Positions 29,388 to 39,689 are shown, counted from the stretch's first letter. The stretch is 64,000 nucleotides of DNA from Dehalococcoidia bacterium (GCA_964291495.2 OZ219872.1:480001-544000); one strand, 5' to 3'. The notes: a model not told the origin generated them from the sequence alone. A program made the numbers and translations.

Positions 29388-30353
29388 TCAGGCCTGCTGG
29401 AACGCCCTCGTCATCTCGCGGGCGGCCTCGGCGACGCCGCGCTCGGCGGCGTCGATCATGCCGAGGGCCATCCAGAAGTCGTGCGGCTGGTCGTCCTCGC
29501 GGGCCACGCTGACGTCGACGCCCGACTCGGCGAGCCGCTCGGCGTAGGCGAGACCCTCGTCTCGGAGCACGTCGTAGCCGGAGATCACCATGTGCGCGGC
29601 GGGCAGCCCCTCGAGGCTTTCCGCGCGCAGCGGCGCGACGCGCGGATCGGTCATGTCGCCGTCGCCGACGTACTGACGCCAGAACCACTGCATCATCGCG
29701 CTGGAGAGCAGGTACTTGGGATCTCCGAACTCGTGGAAGGAAGGGCGATCGAAGTCGCTGTCGGTGACGGGGCAGACCAGCAACTGGAAGGCGATCGCCG
29801 GACCGCCCTCGTCGCGCGCCTTCTGGCTGACGACCGCCGCGAGGTTCCCGCCCGCGCTGTCGCCGCCCACGGCCACGCGGCTCGCATCGACACCCAGCTC
29901 CCCGGCGTTGGCGACCGCCCACTCCAGCGCCGCGTAGCAGTCGTCGAGCGACGCGGGGTAGGGGTGCTCCGGCGCCAGCCGGTAGTCGACCGAGATGACC
30001 GCGCAGTTGGCGACGTTGGCAAGCAGCCGCACCGCGTCGACGCCGCTGTTGAGGTCGCCGATCACCCAGCCGCCGCCGTGGTACCAGACAAGCAGCGGGT
30101 GGGAGTCGCCCGGTCCCGGCTTCATGATGCGTACCGGGATATCCCCCGCCGGGCCGGGGATCGTGCGGTCCTGCTCGGCGTGCACGGGCGGGCCCATGCC
30201 CGCCGCGGCCGCCTCCGCCTGCAACGCCGCGAGGGCGTCGCGCCACGCCGCGGGATCGCGCTCCTCGATCGGCGGGAAGGCTGCTTCGAACTCGAGGAAT
30301 CCGTCGAGAAAGACCTGGGCCTGGGGATCCAGCGGGATAAGGCGCCTCCTCAA
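29388..30353 (-). CDS. Alpha/beta hydrolase, HSL-like esterase
   Basis: HGGGW, DYRLAPEHP and GDSAGG motifs. Exact start uncertain. Confidence 0.93.
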   Translation of the reverse strand: MRRRLIPLDPQAQVFLDGFLEFEAAFPPIEERDPAAWRDALAALQAEAAAAGMGPPVHAEQDRTIPGPAGDIPVRIMKPGPGDSHPLLVWYHGGGWVIGDLNSGVDAVRLLANVANCAVISVDYRLAPEHPYPASLDDCYAALEWAVANAGELGVDASRVAVGGDSAGGNLAAVVSQKARDEGGPAIAFQLLVCPVTDSDFDRPSFHEFGDPKYLLSSAMMQWFWRQYVGDGDMTDPRVAPLRAESLEGLPAAHMVISGYDVLRDEGLAYAERLAESGVDVSVAREDDQPHDFWMALGMIDAAERGVAEAAREMTRAFQQA

Positions 30354-30449
30354 TCCTGCAATCGCTACGGCCCGGCGGCCGAGGGCCGCGTGCCGCGGCT
30401 CAACCTACGGAGGGCGCCTCGGGGCGTCAACGCACGCCGGAGCGAGGCA

Positions 30450-31193
30450 CTACGGGCGCTGGCCGCCGACGGAGATCACCTCGCCGGTGATGTACTCGGA
30501 CTCCTTGCTGCAGAGGAAGCGCACCACGCTCGCCAGCTCGTCCGGCATCGCCGAGCGGTCGAGCGGATGCTCGTCGCTGCCCTCCGGCACGGTGCCCATC
30601 GTGCGGCCCATCCACTCGTTCCAGACGGAGCTTGGAGCGACGGTGTTCGCGCGGATGTTGTGCTCGCCAAGCTCGAGGGCGATCACGCGCGTGAAGGCGA
30701 TGATCCCCGCCTTCGCCGCCGCGTACTGCGCGCGGCCCTGCCCGCCTCGCCACGTCACCACGGAGGCGAAGTTGACAATGTTGCCGCCGCCCTGCTCGAT
30801 CATGTGCGGCACGGCCGCCTTCGTGCAGTAGTAGGTGCCGTGCAGGCAGACGTTGATCGGCGTGTGCCAGGTCACGTCGTCCATCTCGAGGAACGGCGTC
30901 TCCATGTCGCGGTAGGCGTTGTTGATCAGGTGGTCGATCCGCCCGTAGCGCTCGATCGTCTTGCCGATCAGCTCGGCGACCGACCCCTGGCTGGAGACAT
31001 CGCAGGGGACCGCGAGGAACTCGCGGCCATGCTCCTCGGCGAGCGACTCGCCGACGGCAAGCGTCCGCTTCTCGTTCAGGTCGCTGACCACGACCTCGGC
31101 GCCCTCGGCTGCGAAGCGGCGCGCCGTCGCCTGTCCCACACCGGCTCCGGCCGAGCCCGTGACGATCACCACCTGGCCCTCGAACTCGCTCAT
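30450..31193 (-). CDS. SDR
   Basis: TGSAGAGVG, INNA and YAAAK motifs. Confidence 0.92.
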   Translation of the reverse strand: MSEFEGQVVIVTGSAGAGVGQATARRFAAEGAEVVVSDLNEKRTLAVGESLAEEHGREFLAVPCDVSSQGSVAELIGKTIERYGRIDHLINNAYRDMETPFLEMDDVTWHTPINVCLHGTYYCTKAAVPHMIEQGGGNIVNFASVVTWRGGQGRAQYAAAKAGIIAFTRVIALELGEHNIRANTVAPSSVWNEWMGRTMGTVPEGSDEHPLDRSAMPDELASVVRFLCSKESEYITGEVISVGGQRP

Positions 31194-31321
31194 CGCCTCC
31201 CCCTCGTCGCTCGCGCGCCAACGCCGGGCGCGCCCGCGTCGAGGAGCATAGCGGGCGCGCCGCCGCCCCGCCGCAGCTAGGCGCCGGGGGAAGGCGCTAG
31301 ACTGGCCGCGGAGGGCACACC

Positions 31322-31774
31322 ATGAGCGCCGACGATCGGCTCGCAATCCTCGATCAGATCGGGCGCTACTCCTACGCCTGGGACGGGAAGGACTCGGATG
31401 CCTACGCCGCGCTCTTCACCGAGGACGCGGTGTTCGAGGTCTTCACCCGCGGCGACGAGCCCGTGATCCACAACGAGGGCCGCGAGGCGATCCGCCGCTG
31501 GGCGCGCGCCACCCACAGCGGCGAGGAGCCCGGCCTGCGCCACCACCCGCCGGACGAGCAGACCCGCCACAACCAGAGCGGGACCGTCTTCGACGAGCTC
31601 GGCGAGGACACCGCGCGCACCCGCACCATGCTGCTCTCCGCCAGGCAGGCCCCCGGCGACGTGATCCCGATCCCCTCGACCACCGGCGTCTACCGCGACG
31701 AGTGGCGCCGCACGCCCGAGGGCTGGCGCATCGCCCACCGCAGCCTGCGGATCGACACCCCTCGCGGCCGGTAG
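31322..31774 (+). CDS. NTF2/SnoaL-like family protein
   Basis: Y..AWD, LFTEDA, TRH and GVYRDEWRRTPEGWRI motifs. Confidence 0.88.
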   Translation: MSADDRLAILDQIGRYSYAWDGKDSDAYAALFTEDAVFEVFTRGDEPVIHNEGREAIRRWARATHSGEEPGLRHHPPDEQTRHNQSGTVFDELGEDTARTRTMLLSARQAPGDVIPIPSTTGVYRDEWRRTPEGWRIAHRSLRIDTPRGR

Positions 31775-31783
31775 TCGACGCGC

Positions 31784-34700
31784 TCACCGCACGACCACGG
31801 CGAACTCCTGCCGGGCGCTTCCGCCATCGTTCGAGGCCGTCACGACGACCGTCGCGCTGCCCGCCGCCAGCGGCGTGAGCCGCAGCCGTCCCGCTGACAG
31901 CCACGCGTGCACGATTCCGACCGGGTCCACGGAGACCTGATAGCGCTCGACCGGGCCGCTGAAGACATCCGCGAGATCGAACTCCCGCGCCTCCCCGCCT
32001 GCGGCGAGCGTGACGGCCTCAATGCCGCCGAGGGGCGCCGGCGCGGCGGCGCCGACCTGGACGAAGAAGCGCTGTTCGGTGCTGCCTGCGGAGTTCGTCG
32101 CGATCACGCCGACAGTCGCGACGCCCGCGGCCAGCGGGGTGAGCGTCAGCCGGCCGCCCGATTCCCACCCATGGACCACGCCGCCGGGGTCGGCGGATAC
32201 GTGATACCGGGCGCCCTCGCCGCCGAAGTAGTTCCCGAGGTCGATGTCACGCTCGGGCCCGCCCTCGGCGAGTGCGATGGGCTCCGCGCGGCCGAGCACC
32301 CGCGGCGCGGCCGGACCGACGGCCACGGCAAAGGCCTGGCGGGCGCTTCCGCTCGCGTTGCTCGCCGTCACCGTAACCGTCGCGACACCGGCCGAGAGCG
32401 GCGTCAGCCTCAGCCGCCCGCGAGACTCCCAGAGATGCAGCACGCCGTCGGGCCGCGACGCCACCTCGTAGTAGGCCACATGGCCAACGAAGTAGTCCGC
32501 GAGCGCGATCTCCTCCCCGGCGCCTCCCGCCGTGAGCGGGGCGCCCACAATCCGGCCGAGTGCCCTCGGCGCGGCGGGTTGCACCACGACCGTGAAGGCC
32601 TGCCCGACGCTGCCGCCCTCGTTCAGCGCCGTCACGTCCAACCTCGCCAGCCCCGCGGCAAGCGGCGTCAGGGTGAGCATTCCGCCCGACTCCCAGGGGT
32701 ACACGACGCCGCCCGGCGTCACCACCAGCTCGTAGCGTTCGACGGCGCCGGCGAAGTAGTTCCCGAGCTCGATCCTCGACGGAGGTCCCCCCATCGACAA
32801 CGGCAGGAGCGTGCGGGAGGCCAGGGACCGAGGTGCGGACGGTCCCACGGCCACCTCGAAGGCCTGCGATGCCATGCCTCCACTGTTCACGGACCAGACG
32901 GTGATCGTCGTGGATCCGGCCGCCAGCGGCGTGAGCGTCAGCCGCCCTTCCGACTCCCAGAGATGCACGACGCCGCCCGGCTCGGCGTTCGCGCCGTAGC
33001 GCGCGGAGCCCCCGAGGAAGTAGTGCGAGAGGTCGATGGTCCGCGCGCCGGTCCCGGCGCTGAGGGTCAAGTCCCCGAGCTCCTCGGTGATCCTCGGCGC
33101 GCGCCTCGTGACAACCACCACGATCTCCTGCGTGGCGCTCCCCGCTCCGTTCGTCGCGGTTACAGTCACCAGTCCGACGCCCACGGCGAGCGCCCTGACC
33201 GCGACAGTCCCCCCATGCGCCTCGACCGCCACGACGTGAGGGTTCGAGGACTCCGCCGCAAGCGTGAGGTCGTCGCCGTCGAAGTACGCCGCCGTATCGA
33301 CGAACGAGTAGCCGCCCTCGATGATCGCCACGAGGGGCACGCGTCCCAGCGCGCTGGGCGCTCCGTCCTGGACGGTGACGCGGAAGACTTGTCGGGCGAC
33401 GCCTCCCGCGTTCGTCGCCGTCACCGTCACCGTCGCGACGCCCGACGCGAGTGGCGTAAGCGCCAGCCGGCCGTCCGACTCCCAGAGGTGCACGATGCCC
33501 GCGGGCTCTGCGGCCACCTCGTAGCGCTCGACAGCGCCGCCGAAGTACGCCGCCAGATCCACTTCCCGCACGCCCCCGTTCGCTCGCAGGGCCGCATCCT
33601 CGATCTCACCCTCAGCGACCGGCGCGGGCGGCACCACCGTCACGACGAAGCTCTGCTCCGCGCTCCCTCCGGCGTTCGTCGCTGCCACCGTCACCGTCGA
33701 CTCGCCCGCCGCGACCGCCGTCACCGTGACCCTCGCGCCAGCCACCTCGACCGTCGCCACCGCCGTCTCCGAGGACTCCGCCGTGTACGTCAGCCCCGCG
33801 CCCTCGAAGTACGCCGAGGCGTCCTCGGCGTGCGTGCCGCCCTCGGTGAGCGTTGCGCCCGCGATGCTCCCGACGGCCGTCGGCGCGGGCGGCAGCACCG
33901 TGACGGCGAAGCTCTGCTGGGCGCTTCCCCCACCGCTCGTCGCCGTCACCGTCACCGTCGACTCGCCCGCCGCGACCGCCGTCACCGTGACCCTCGCGCC
34001 AGCCACCTCGACCGTCGCCACCGCCGTCTCCGAGGACTCCGCCGTGTACGTCAGCCCCGCGCCCGCGAAGTACGCCGAGGCGTCCTCCGCGTGCGTCTCG
34101 CCCCCGGTCATCGTGACCGCCGCGATGCTCCCGACTGCCGTGGGGGCGGACGCCGCCGCCGCCACTGTCACGGCGAACGACTGCTGGGCACTGCCCCCGG
34201 CGCTCGTCGCCGTCACCGTCACCGTCGCCTCGCCCAGGGCCAGCCCCGAGAGCGCGAGCTGCGATCCCGACCTCGAGACGTGGACGATTCCTGATGGAGA
34301 TACCGTCACCTCGTAGCTGGTGACGTCGGCTCCGAAGTAGCCGGCGAGCTCGATCGTGCGCGCTGCGCCTTCCGTCAGGGTGATCGAGGGAAGTTCGACG
34401 GTGACGGCGAAGGACTGCCCGGCGCTTCCGCCTGCGTTCGTCGCCGTGACCGTCACCGTCGCCTCGCCAGCTGCGACCGCCGTAACCGTGACCCTCGTGC
34501 CCTCCACCGCCACGGCGGCGACCGCGGCGTTCGAAGACCCCGCCGTGTAGGTGATTCCCTCGCCGCTGAAGTAGTTCGAGGCGTCCCATGCGTGCGCGTC
34601 GCCCTCGGTGATCGTGGCCGCCGCGATGCTGCCGACGGTCGCCGGCGCGGGCGGACGCACCGTGACCCCGAAGCGAAACTCAGCGGTTCCGCCAGCGGTC

Positions 34701-35908
34701 GTCACTTCGAGGGTGACCGTGGCCTTGCCGTTCGCGAGGGCGGTGAGTGTCAACTGCGAACCCGAGAGATCGAGTCCGACGATGCCTGCCGGGGAGACCG
34801 ACGAGTGGTAGCCCGTCGCGTCGGCTCCGAAGTGGTCCGAGAGGTCGAGCGTCCGCGTGTCGCCTCGAGTGAGCGTGACGGCGGGGAGTTGGACGGTGAC
34901 GGCGAAGGACTGCGAGACACTCCCGCCCGCGTTCGTCGCCGTCACCGTCACCGTCGCTTCGCCCGCCGCGACCGCCGTCACCGTGGCGGTCGCGCCCTCG
35001 ACCTCGACCGTCGCCACTTCCGTGCCCGAGGACTCCGCCGTGTACGTCAGCCCTCCGCCCTCGAAGTGCGCCGAGACGTCCTCGGCGTGCGTGTCGCCCT
35101 CTGTGAGGGTGAGCGCCTCGATGCTGCCGGCCGCGACCGGGGCCGGGGGTATGACGGTGACGGCGAAGGCCTGCTCCACGCTCCCGCCCGAGTTCGTCGC
35201 GGTCACGGCGATGGTCGCGCTCCCGGCGCCGACGGCGGTCACCGTCACTTCCGCACCATCGACCTCGACGGTCGCCGCCCCGGTGTCCGAGGACGTCGCC
35301 GCGTACGCGATCTCCGCGCCCTCGAAATGCTGCGAGGCTGTCACCGCGTGGGTAGCGCCCTCGGTGAGGGTGACTGCGGCGATGCTTCCGGTCGCGGTGG
35401 GGGCGGCGAGCATCGCCATCACCGTGACCATGAACCGCTTGCGCTCGCTGCCGCCCAGCTTCCGGCCCCGGACGGTGACGGTCGCCGAGCCGACCGCGAG
35501 CGGCTCGAGCGTGATCACCGTCCCCGATCGCGATGTGCGGACGATGCCGTTGGGGGACGCCGTCACCTCGTAGCCATGCACGCTGTCGCTGAAGTAGCCG
35601 GCCACGTCCACCGCGTGCGAGGCGCCGCCGAGCGTCAGCGAGACATCCGGGATGTCGTCCTCGGGCGTCGGCGCCTGCTGCGCCCGAAGGCCCTCGATGA
35701 CGTCGAGTGGATGGCCGGCGGAGAGCCACGACGGGTGCAATCCGCTGTCGCGGGGCGGTCCGGCCGACCGTTCGGAGGCCAGAACAGCGGGAGCACCGGA
35801 GATCAGGACCCACACGACAGCGATCAGGACGGCAGACCAGGCCCCGCGCCAGCCAGTGGGTAGCGGGGCGCCGAGGTGAACGCGTGCGGACCCGGCGCCT
35901 CTCGGCAC
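31784..35908 (-). CDS. Large exported protein with about 15 tandem Ig/cadherin-like repeats
   Basis: N-terminal hydrophobic signal. About 87-aa repeats ending in TVTATNAGGS..Q.F.VTV. Start codon uncertain. Confidence 0.85.
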   Translation of the reverse strand: MPRGAGSARVHLGAPLPTGWRGAWSAVLIAVVWVLISGAPAVLASERSAGPPRDSGLHPSWLSAGHPLDVIEGLRAQQAPTPEDDIPDVSLTLGGASHAVDVAGYFSDSVHGYEVTASPNGIVRTSRSGTVITLEPLAVGSATVTVRGRKLGGSERKRFMVTVMAMLAAPTATGSIAAVTLTEGATHAVTASQHFEGAEIAYAATSSDTGAATVEVDGAEVTVTAVGAGSATIAVTATNSGGSVEQAFAVTVIPPAPVAAGSIEALTLTEGDTHAEDVSAHFEGGGLTYTAESSGTEVATVEVEGATATVTAVAAGEATVTVTATNAGGSVSQSFAVTVQLPAVTLTRGDTRTLDLSDHFGADATGYHSSVSPAGIVGLDLSGSQLTLTALANGKATVTLEVTTAGGTAEFRFGVTVRPPAPATVGSIAAATITEGDAHAWDASNYFSGEGITYTAGSSNAAVAAVAVEGTRVTVTAVAAGEATVTVTATNAGGSAGQSFAVTVELPSITLTEGAARTIELAGYFGADVTSYEVTVSPSGIVHVSRSGSQLALSGLALGEATVTVTATSAGGSAQQSFAVTVAAAASAPTAVGSIAAVTMTGGETHAEDASAYFAGAGLTYTAESSETAVATVEVAGARVTVTAVAAGESTVTVTATSGGGSAQQSFAVTVLPPAPTAVGSIAGATLTEGGTHAEDASAYFEGAGLTYTAESSETAVATVEVAGARVTVTAVAAGESTVTVAATNAGGSAEQSFVVTVVPPAPVAEGEIEDAALRANGGVREVDLAAYFGGAVERYEVAAEPAGIVHLWESDGRLALTPLASGVATVTVTATNAGGVARQVFRVTVQDGAPSALGRVPLVAIIEGGYSFVDTAAYFDGDDLTLAAESSNPHVVAVEAHGGTVAVRALAVGVGLVTVTATNGAGSATQEIVVVVTRRAPRITEELGDLTLSAGTGARTIDLSHYFLGGSARYGANAEPGGVVHLWESEGRLTLTPLAAGSTTITVWSVNSGGMASQAFEVAVGPSAPRSLASRTLLPLSMGGPPSRIELGNYFAGAVERYELVVTPGGVVYPWESGGMLTLTPLAAGLARLDVTALNEGGSVGQAFTVVVQPAAPRALGRIVGAPLTAGGAGEEIALADYFVGHVAYYEVASRPDGVLHLWESRGRLRLTPLSAGVATVTVTASNASGSARQAFAVAVGPAAPRVLGRAEPIALAEGGPERDIDLGNYFGGEGARYHVSADPGGVVHGWESGGRLTLTPLAAGVATVGVIATNSAGSTEQRFFVQVGAAAPAPLGGIEAVTLAAGGEAREFDLADVFSGPVERYQVSVDPVGIVHAWLSAGRLRLTPLAAGSATVVVTASNDGGSARQEFAVVVR
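33640..34130. repeat. Near-identical intragenic tandem repeat, 261-bp period
   Basis: The block GACTCGCCCGCCGCGACC...GTCAGCCCCGCGCCC recurs at 33699 and 33960. Confidence 0.85.
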
Positions 35909-35981
35909 TGCTTAACCCCTGCCGCGGCCTGACATTCTGCTGCTGACAATAGTTGGTCTCAGCATGAAGGTGTGATACCGA

Positions 35982-38900
35982 TTGCGCTGTGCGCACCAGT
36001 GGCGGGTGGCCTCGTTCCCTCGCCGGCGCACAGGCAGGGGAATCTCGGTGCGGCGTTCCGGACCGCTCGCGCTGCTCGTCGGCGCGCTCGCAGTTGTCGC
36101 CCTCTCCACCAGCGCCATCCGCGCGCAGTCCCCGGCAGAGGGGCAGAACCTGCTGCCGAACGGCGGATTCGAAGACGGCCGGGACGGTTGGGTGCCCCCC
36201 ACCGCGGCGACCTTCGAAGTGGTCGATGAGCCCGTTCAAGAAGGCGACTCCGCGGGGAAGGTCACGGCAAGCGGCCCGGGCAGCTTCACCCTGATGACCC
36301 AGTACCGGCGCGTGTCAGTCGAGCCGGGGGCCGAACACACGGCGCGTGCATGGCTCAGCACCGGCAGTGGCGCCCCCGGCTCAGAGCCGCGCTGGATGGA
36401 GGTGAGCCTCGAGTTCGTCGACAAGGATGGCGCCCGGACGGGCAATATCGGCACCCGGAGGATCGATGAGCCGAGCTCGGACTGGCAACTCGTCGAGGTC
36501 GCTCCTGCAGCAGCGCCGGCCGATGCCGCGCATGCTCGCCTGCTGGTAACCGCGGGGGCCTCGGCGAGTGGCGCCGCATTCTACGTGGACTCGGCGGAGC
36601 TCACGGCCGGGCCGCCACCGCCGACGGCGACCACGACCGAGGAGCCCACCACGGCCGCGGACAGGCCGCCAACCACACCTGCGACGGCCGAGCCCTCGTT
36701 CTTCGCCTCGCTCACCAACGGCGACTTCGAACTGCCCGGCGCTACGCCGTACGGCTGGCGCGCGCACGCCGGCGAGGCTGCCGTCGTATCCGAGGGCGGC
36801 TCGCGGGCGGGCGCGCTCACCTCGCGGGGACGCTCGACGGCCTGGCTTCACCAGTCCGTCGCCGTCGAGGGCGGGCGCTGGTACGAGGCCTCCGGCCTGC
36901 TTCGGCCCGCGTCCAACGCCGCGCTCGCGCGCATCCGCATCGCCTGGTACGCCTCGGGCGACGCGAGCGGCGCGCAGCTCTCCACGGAGGACTCCGACGA
37001 ACTCGGCGGCGTCGGCGACTCCTACACGGCCGTCTCGACAGGCCCGATTCGCGCGCCCGACAACGCCCGGAGCGCACAACTGCGCGTCATGCTCCGTCCC
37101 GCAAGCGAGGGTCCGGCCGTGCTGCGCGCCGACAACGTCCGCCTCGAACGCACCGCGCCGCCGCCGAGTCCACCCGCCACGAGGGCGCCGGTGTCCGTGC
37201 CGACCCCCGAGGCGATGCCGACGTTCTTCGTCGCGCTCACGAACGGCGACTTCGAGCTGCCGGGCGATACGCCCTACGGCTGGCGCGCCCATGCGGGCGC
37301 GGTCCGCGTCGTCTCCGACGCCGGCTCGCGCAGCGCCGTGCTCACCTCGCGAGGGAACTCCACCGCCTGGCTGCGCCAGTCCTTCGCCGTCGAGGGCGGC
37401 CGCTGGTACGAGGCCGGCGGGCGGCTGCATGCGGTCACCAACGCCTCGCTCGCACGCATCCGCGTCGCCTGGTACGCCTCGGGCGACGCGAGCGGCGCGC
37501 AGCTCTCCACGGACGACTCCGACGAACTCGTCGGAGTCGGCGACTCGTTCGCCGCCGTGTCCACAGGCGCGATCCGGGCGCCCGAGGAAGCGCGCAGCGC
37601 GGAACTGCGGGTGATGATCCGCCCGGCGAACGCTGCTCCGGCGATCCTCCGCGCCGACGACATCTCCTTCCAGCGCACAGCCCCACCACCGCCGGACCTG
37701 ACCTCCGAGGCCCCGCCCACGCAACCGCAGCGGCCACCCGCGGCGGCGCCCTCGTTCTTCGCCTCCCTCACCAACGGCGATTTCGAGTTGCCCGGCGAAG
37801 CCCCCTACGGCTGGCGCGCCCACGCCGGGGACGCCCTCGTGACCTCCGAGGGCGGTTCGCGAGCCGCAGCGCTCACCTCGACAGGGGCTGCGGCTGCCTG
37901 GCTGCACCAGTCGTGCGCCGTCGAGGGCGGGCGCTGGTACCAGGCAGCCGGGCGGCTTCGGCCCGGCGCCAACGCAGCCCTCGCCCGCATCCGCATCGCC
38001 TGGTACGCCTCGGACGACGCGAGCGGGCCGCAGCTCGCCACCGCGGATTCCGAGGAGCTCGAGGGCGCGGGCGACTCGTTCGCCGCCGTCTCCACGGGCG
38101 CGATTCGCGCGCCCGACGAGGCCCGCAGCGCACAGCTCCGGATCATGTTGCTCCCTGCCGCTGAGGCCTCGGCGAGCCTTCTCGCCGACGACGTGTCCTT
38201 CGCCCGCACCGCGCCCCCACCGCCGGCGACGCCCGACACGCCGCAGGAGGCCGCCACACCCGCTCCCGAGGAAACACCGTCCTTCTTCGCCTCGCTCACC
38301 AACGGCGACTTCGCGCTGCCCGGCGAGACGCCTTACGGCTGGCGCGCGCACGCCGGGAACGCCGTCGTCACCTCCGAGGGCGACTCACGCTTCGCCTCGC
38401 TCACCTCACGTAGTGACACGACGGCCTGGCTGCACCAGTCCTTCACCGTCGAGGGAAGCCGCTGGTACGAGGCCACGGGTTCGCTGCGGCTCGGCGACAA
38501 TGCCTCGCTCGCCCGCATCCGCGTAGCCTGGTACGCCTCGGAAGACGCGAGCGGGCCGCAGCTCGCTGTCGCGGACTCCGAGGGGTTCGAGGGTGCAGGC
38601 GACTCGTTCGTCGCGGTCTCGACCGGCGCGATCCGTGCGCCCGACGAGGCCCGCAGCGCCCAGCTGCGGATCATGCTGCGACCCGCGGGCGAGGCCCCCG
38701 CGGTCCTCCACGCCGACGACATCTCGTTCGCGATCGCTACCGACCCGGCGCCCTCGCAGTCTCCGCCCGCCCTCGATGAGAGCCACGGGTCACCCTCGCC
38801 GGGAGCGGCCACCGCCGCGGGGACGCCCTCGGCCGCAGCGCTGGAGCCCTACCACCTGCGCAGCGCCTCAGCAGTGCTGTTGCGCATCACGGAACTGCTG

Positions 38901-39689
38901 CCCGACCCGGTCCAGAGCGGGTCGGACGCCGAGTACGAGTGGATCGAGGTCGCCAACGTCGGCACGGCCGCGGTCCCGCTCGCGGGCCTGATCCTCGTCG
39001 ACAACCATGGCCGCATCGCCCTGCCCACGCTGACGCTCCCGCCGGGCGCTGCGTTCGTCATCGCGGGCCCGCGGGCGGAGATCGGGGACGCCTACGCGCT
39101 GCGACAGGGCAGCGGGCTGTTCAACGGCCTCGGCAACTCCGGTGACCGCCTCGCACTCGCCACCGGCGGCGGAGCGATCATCGACGCGCTGTCCTACGGC
39201 AGCGACGACGGCGTGGACCAGCCGCCGCTCAAGGCTCCGGCGTCCGGGCACTCGCTGCAACGCCGCTTCGACCCGGCCGGCCGCCTGCTCGAGGCCGCCG
39301 TCGCCGAGCACCCCTCGCCCGGACGGATCGAGGCGCCCGCCGCGCCGGATGCCGCCCCGGCGTCGGGGCCGGGCGCGCCATCGGCCGCGACGGCCGGCGC
39401 GGCGGACGCCGTGGAGCGCACATCGCCGTCGAGCGTCGAGGCGCTGCGCAAGCAGCTCGACGATGCGGCGAGCGCGGACCGGACGGCCTGGATCGTGCTT
39501 GCCTCAGTCGCGGCGGTCGCCCTCGTGGCCGCCGCCGCGCACCGCGCCCGCGAGCTGCTGCGGGCGGCTCCCCCGGCGTCCGGACGTGCGCTCCAGCGCC
39601 GCGCCAGGCGCTGGCGGCGCTACGCCAGCGGCGAGCAGGTCACGCGGCGCGCGCTCAGTCCTCGTCGTCGTAGAACTCCTCGGGCATGA
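35982..39689 (+). CDS. Exported membrane-anchored protein: 5 CBM-like (NGxFE) jelly-roll modules, lamin-tail domain, C-terminal TM
   Basis: Signal peptide (probable GTG start near 36048). NLLPNGGFE, then four LTNGDF.LPG.TPYGW repeats spaced ~525-531 nt. LTD motifs ITELLPDP, EWIEVAN, LGNSGD and PSPG. TM AWIVLASVAAVALVAAAA. Confidence 0.82.
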   Translation: MRCAHQWRVASFPRRRTGRGISVRRSGPLALLVGALAVVALSTSAIRAQSPAEGQNLLPNGGFEDGRDGWVPPTAATFEVVDEPVQEGDSAGKVTASGPGSFTLMTQYRRVSVEPGAEHTARAWLSTGSGAPGSEPRWMEVSLEFVDKDGARTGNIGTRRIDEPSSDWQLVEVAPAAAPADAAHARLLVTAGASASGAAFYVDSAELTAGPPPPTATTTEEPTTAADRPPTTPATAEPSFFASLTNGDFELPGATPYGWRAHAGEAAVVSEGGSRAGALTSRGRSTAWLHQSVAVEGGRWYEASGLLRPASNAALARIRIAWYASGDASGAQLSTEDSDELGGVGDSYTAVSTGPIRAPDNARSAQLRVMLRPASEGPAVLRADNVRLERTAPPPSPPATRAPVSVPTPEAMPTFFVALTNGDFELPGDTPYGWRAHAGAVRVVSDAGSRSAVLTSRGNSTAWLRQSFAVEGGRWYEAGGRLHAVTNASLARIRVAWYASGDASGAQLSTDDSDELVGVGDSFAAVSTGAIRAPEEARSAELRVMIRPANAAPAILRADDISFQRTAPPPPDLTSEAPPTQPQRPPAAAPSFFASLTNGDFELPGEAPYGWRAHAGDALVTSEGGSRAAALTSTGAAAAWLHQSCAVEGGRWYQAAGRLRPGANAALARIRIAWYASDDASGPQLATADSEELEGAGDSFAAVSTGAIRAPDEARSAQLRIMLLPAAEASASLLADDVSFARTAPPPPATPDTPQEAATPAPEETPSFFASLTNGDFALPGETPYGWRAHAGNAVVTSEGDSRFASLTSRSDTTAWLHQSFTVEGSRWYEATGSLRLGDNASLARIRVAWYASEDASGPQLAVADSEGFEGAGDSFVAVSTGAIRAPDEARSAQLRIMLRPAGEAPAVLHADDISFAIATDPAPSQSPPALDESHGSPSPGAATAAGTPSAAALEPYHLRSASAVLLRITELLPDPVQSGSDAEYEWIEVANVGTAAVPLAGLILVDNHGRIALPTLTLPPGAAFVIAGPRAEIGDAYALRQGSGLFNGLGNSGDRLALATGGGAIIDALSYGSDDGVDQPPLKAPASGHSLQRRFDPAGRLLEAAVAEHPSPGRIEAPAAPDAAPASGPGAPSAATAGAADAVERTSPSSVEALRKQLDDAASADRTAWIVLASVAAVALVAAAAHRARELLRAAPPASGRALQRRARRWRRYASGEQVTRRALSPRRRRTPRA

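Noticed and set aside
33640-38760. Regularly spaced DNA repeats as a possible CRISPR array or DGR template/variable pair
   Set aside because: Periods of 261 and about 525-531 nt are in-frame protein domain repeats. There are no short repeat-spacer units, no cas or reverse transcriptase gene, and no adenine-specific mismatch pattern was evident.
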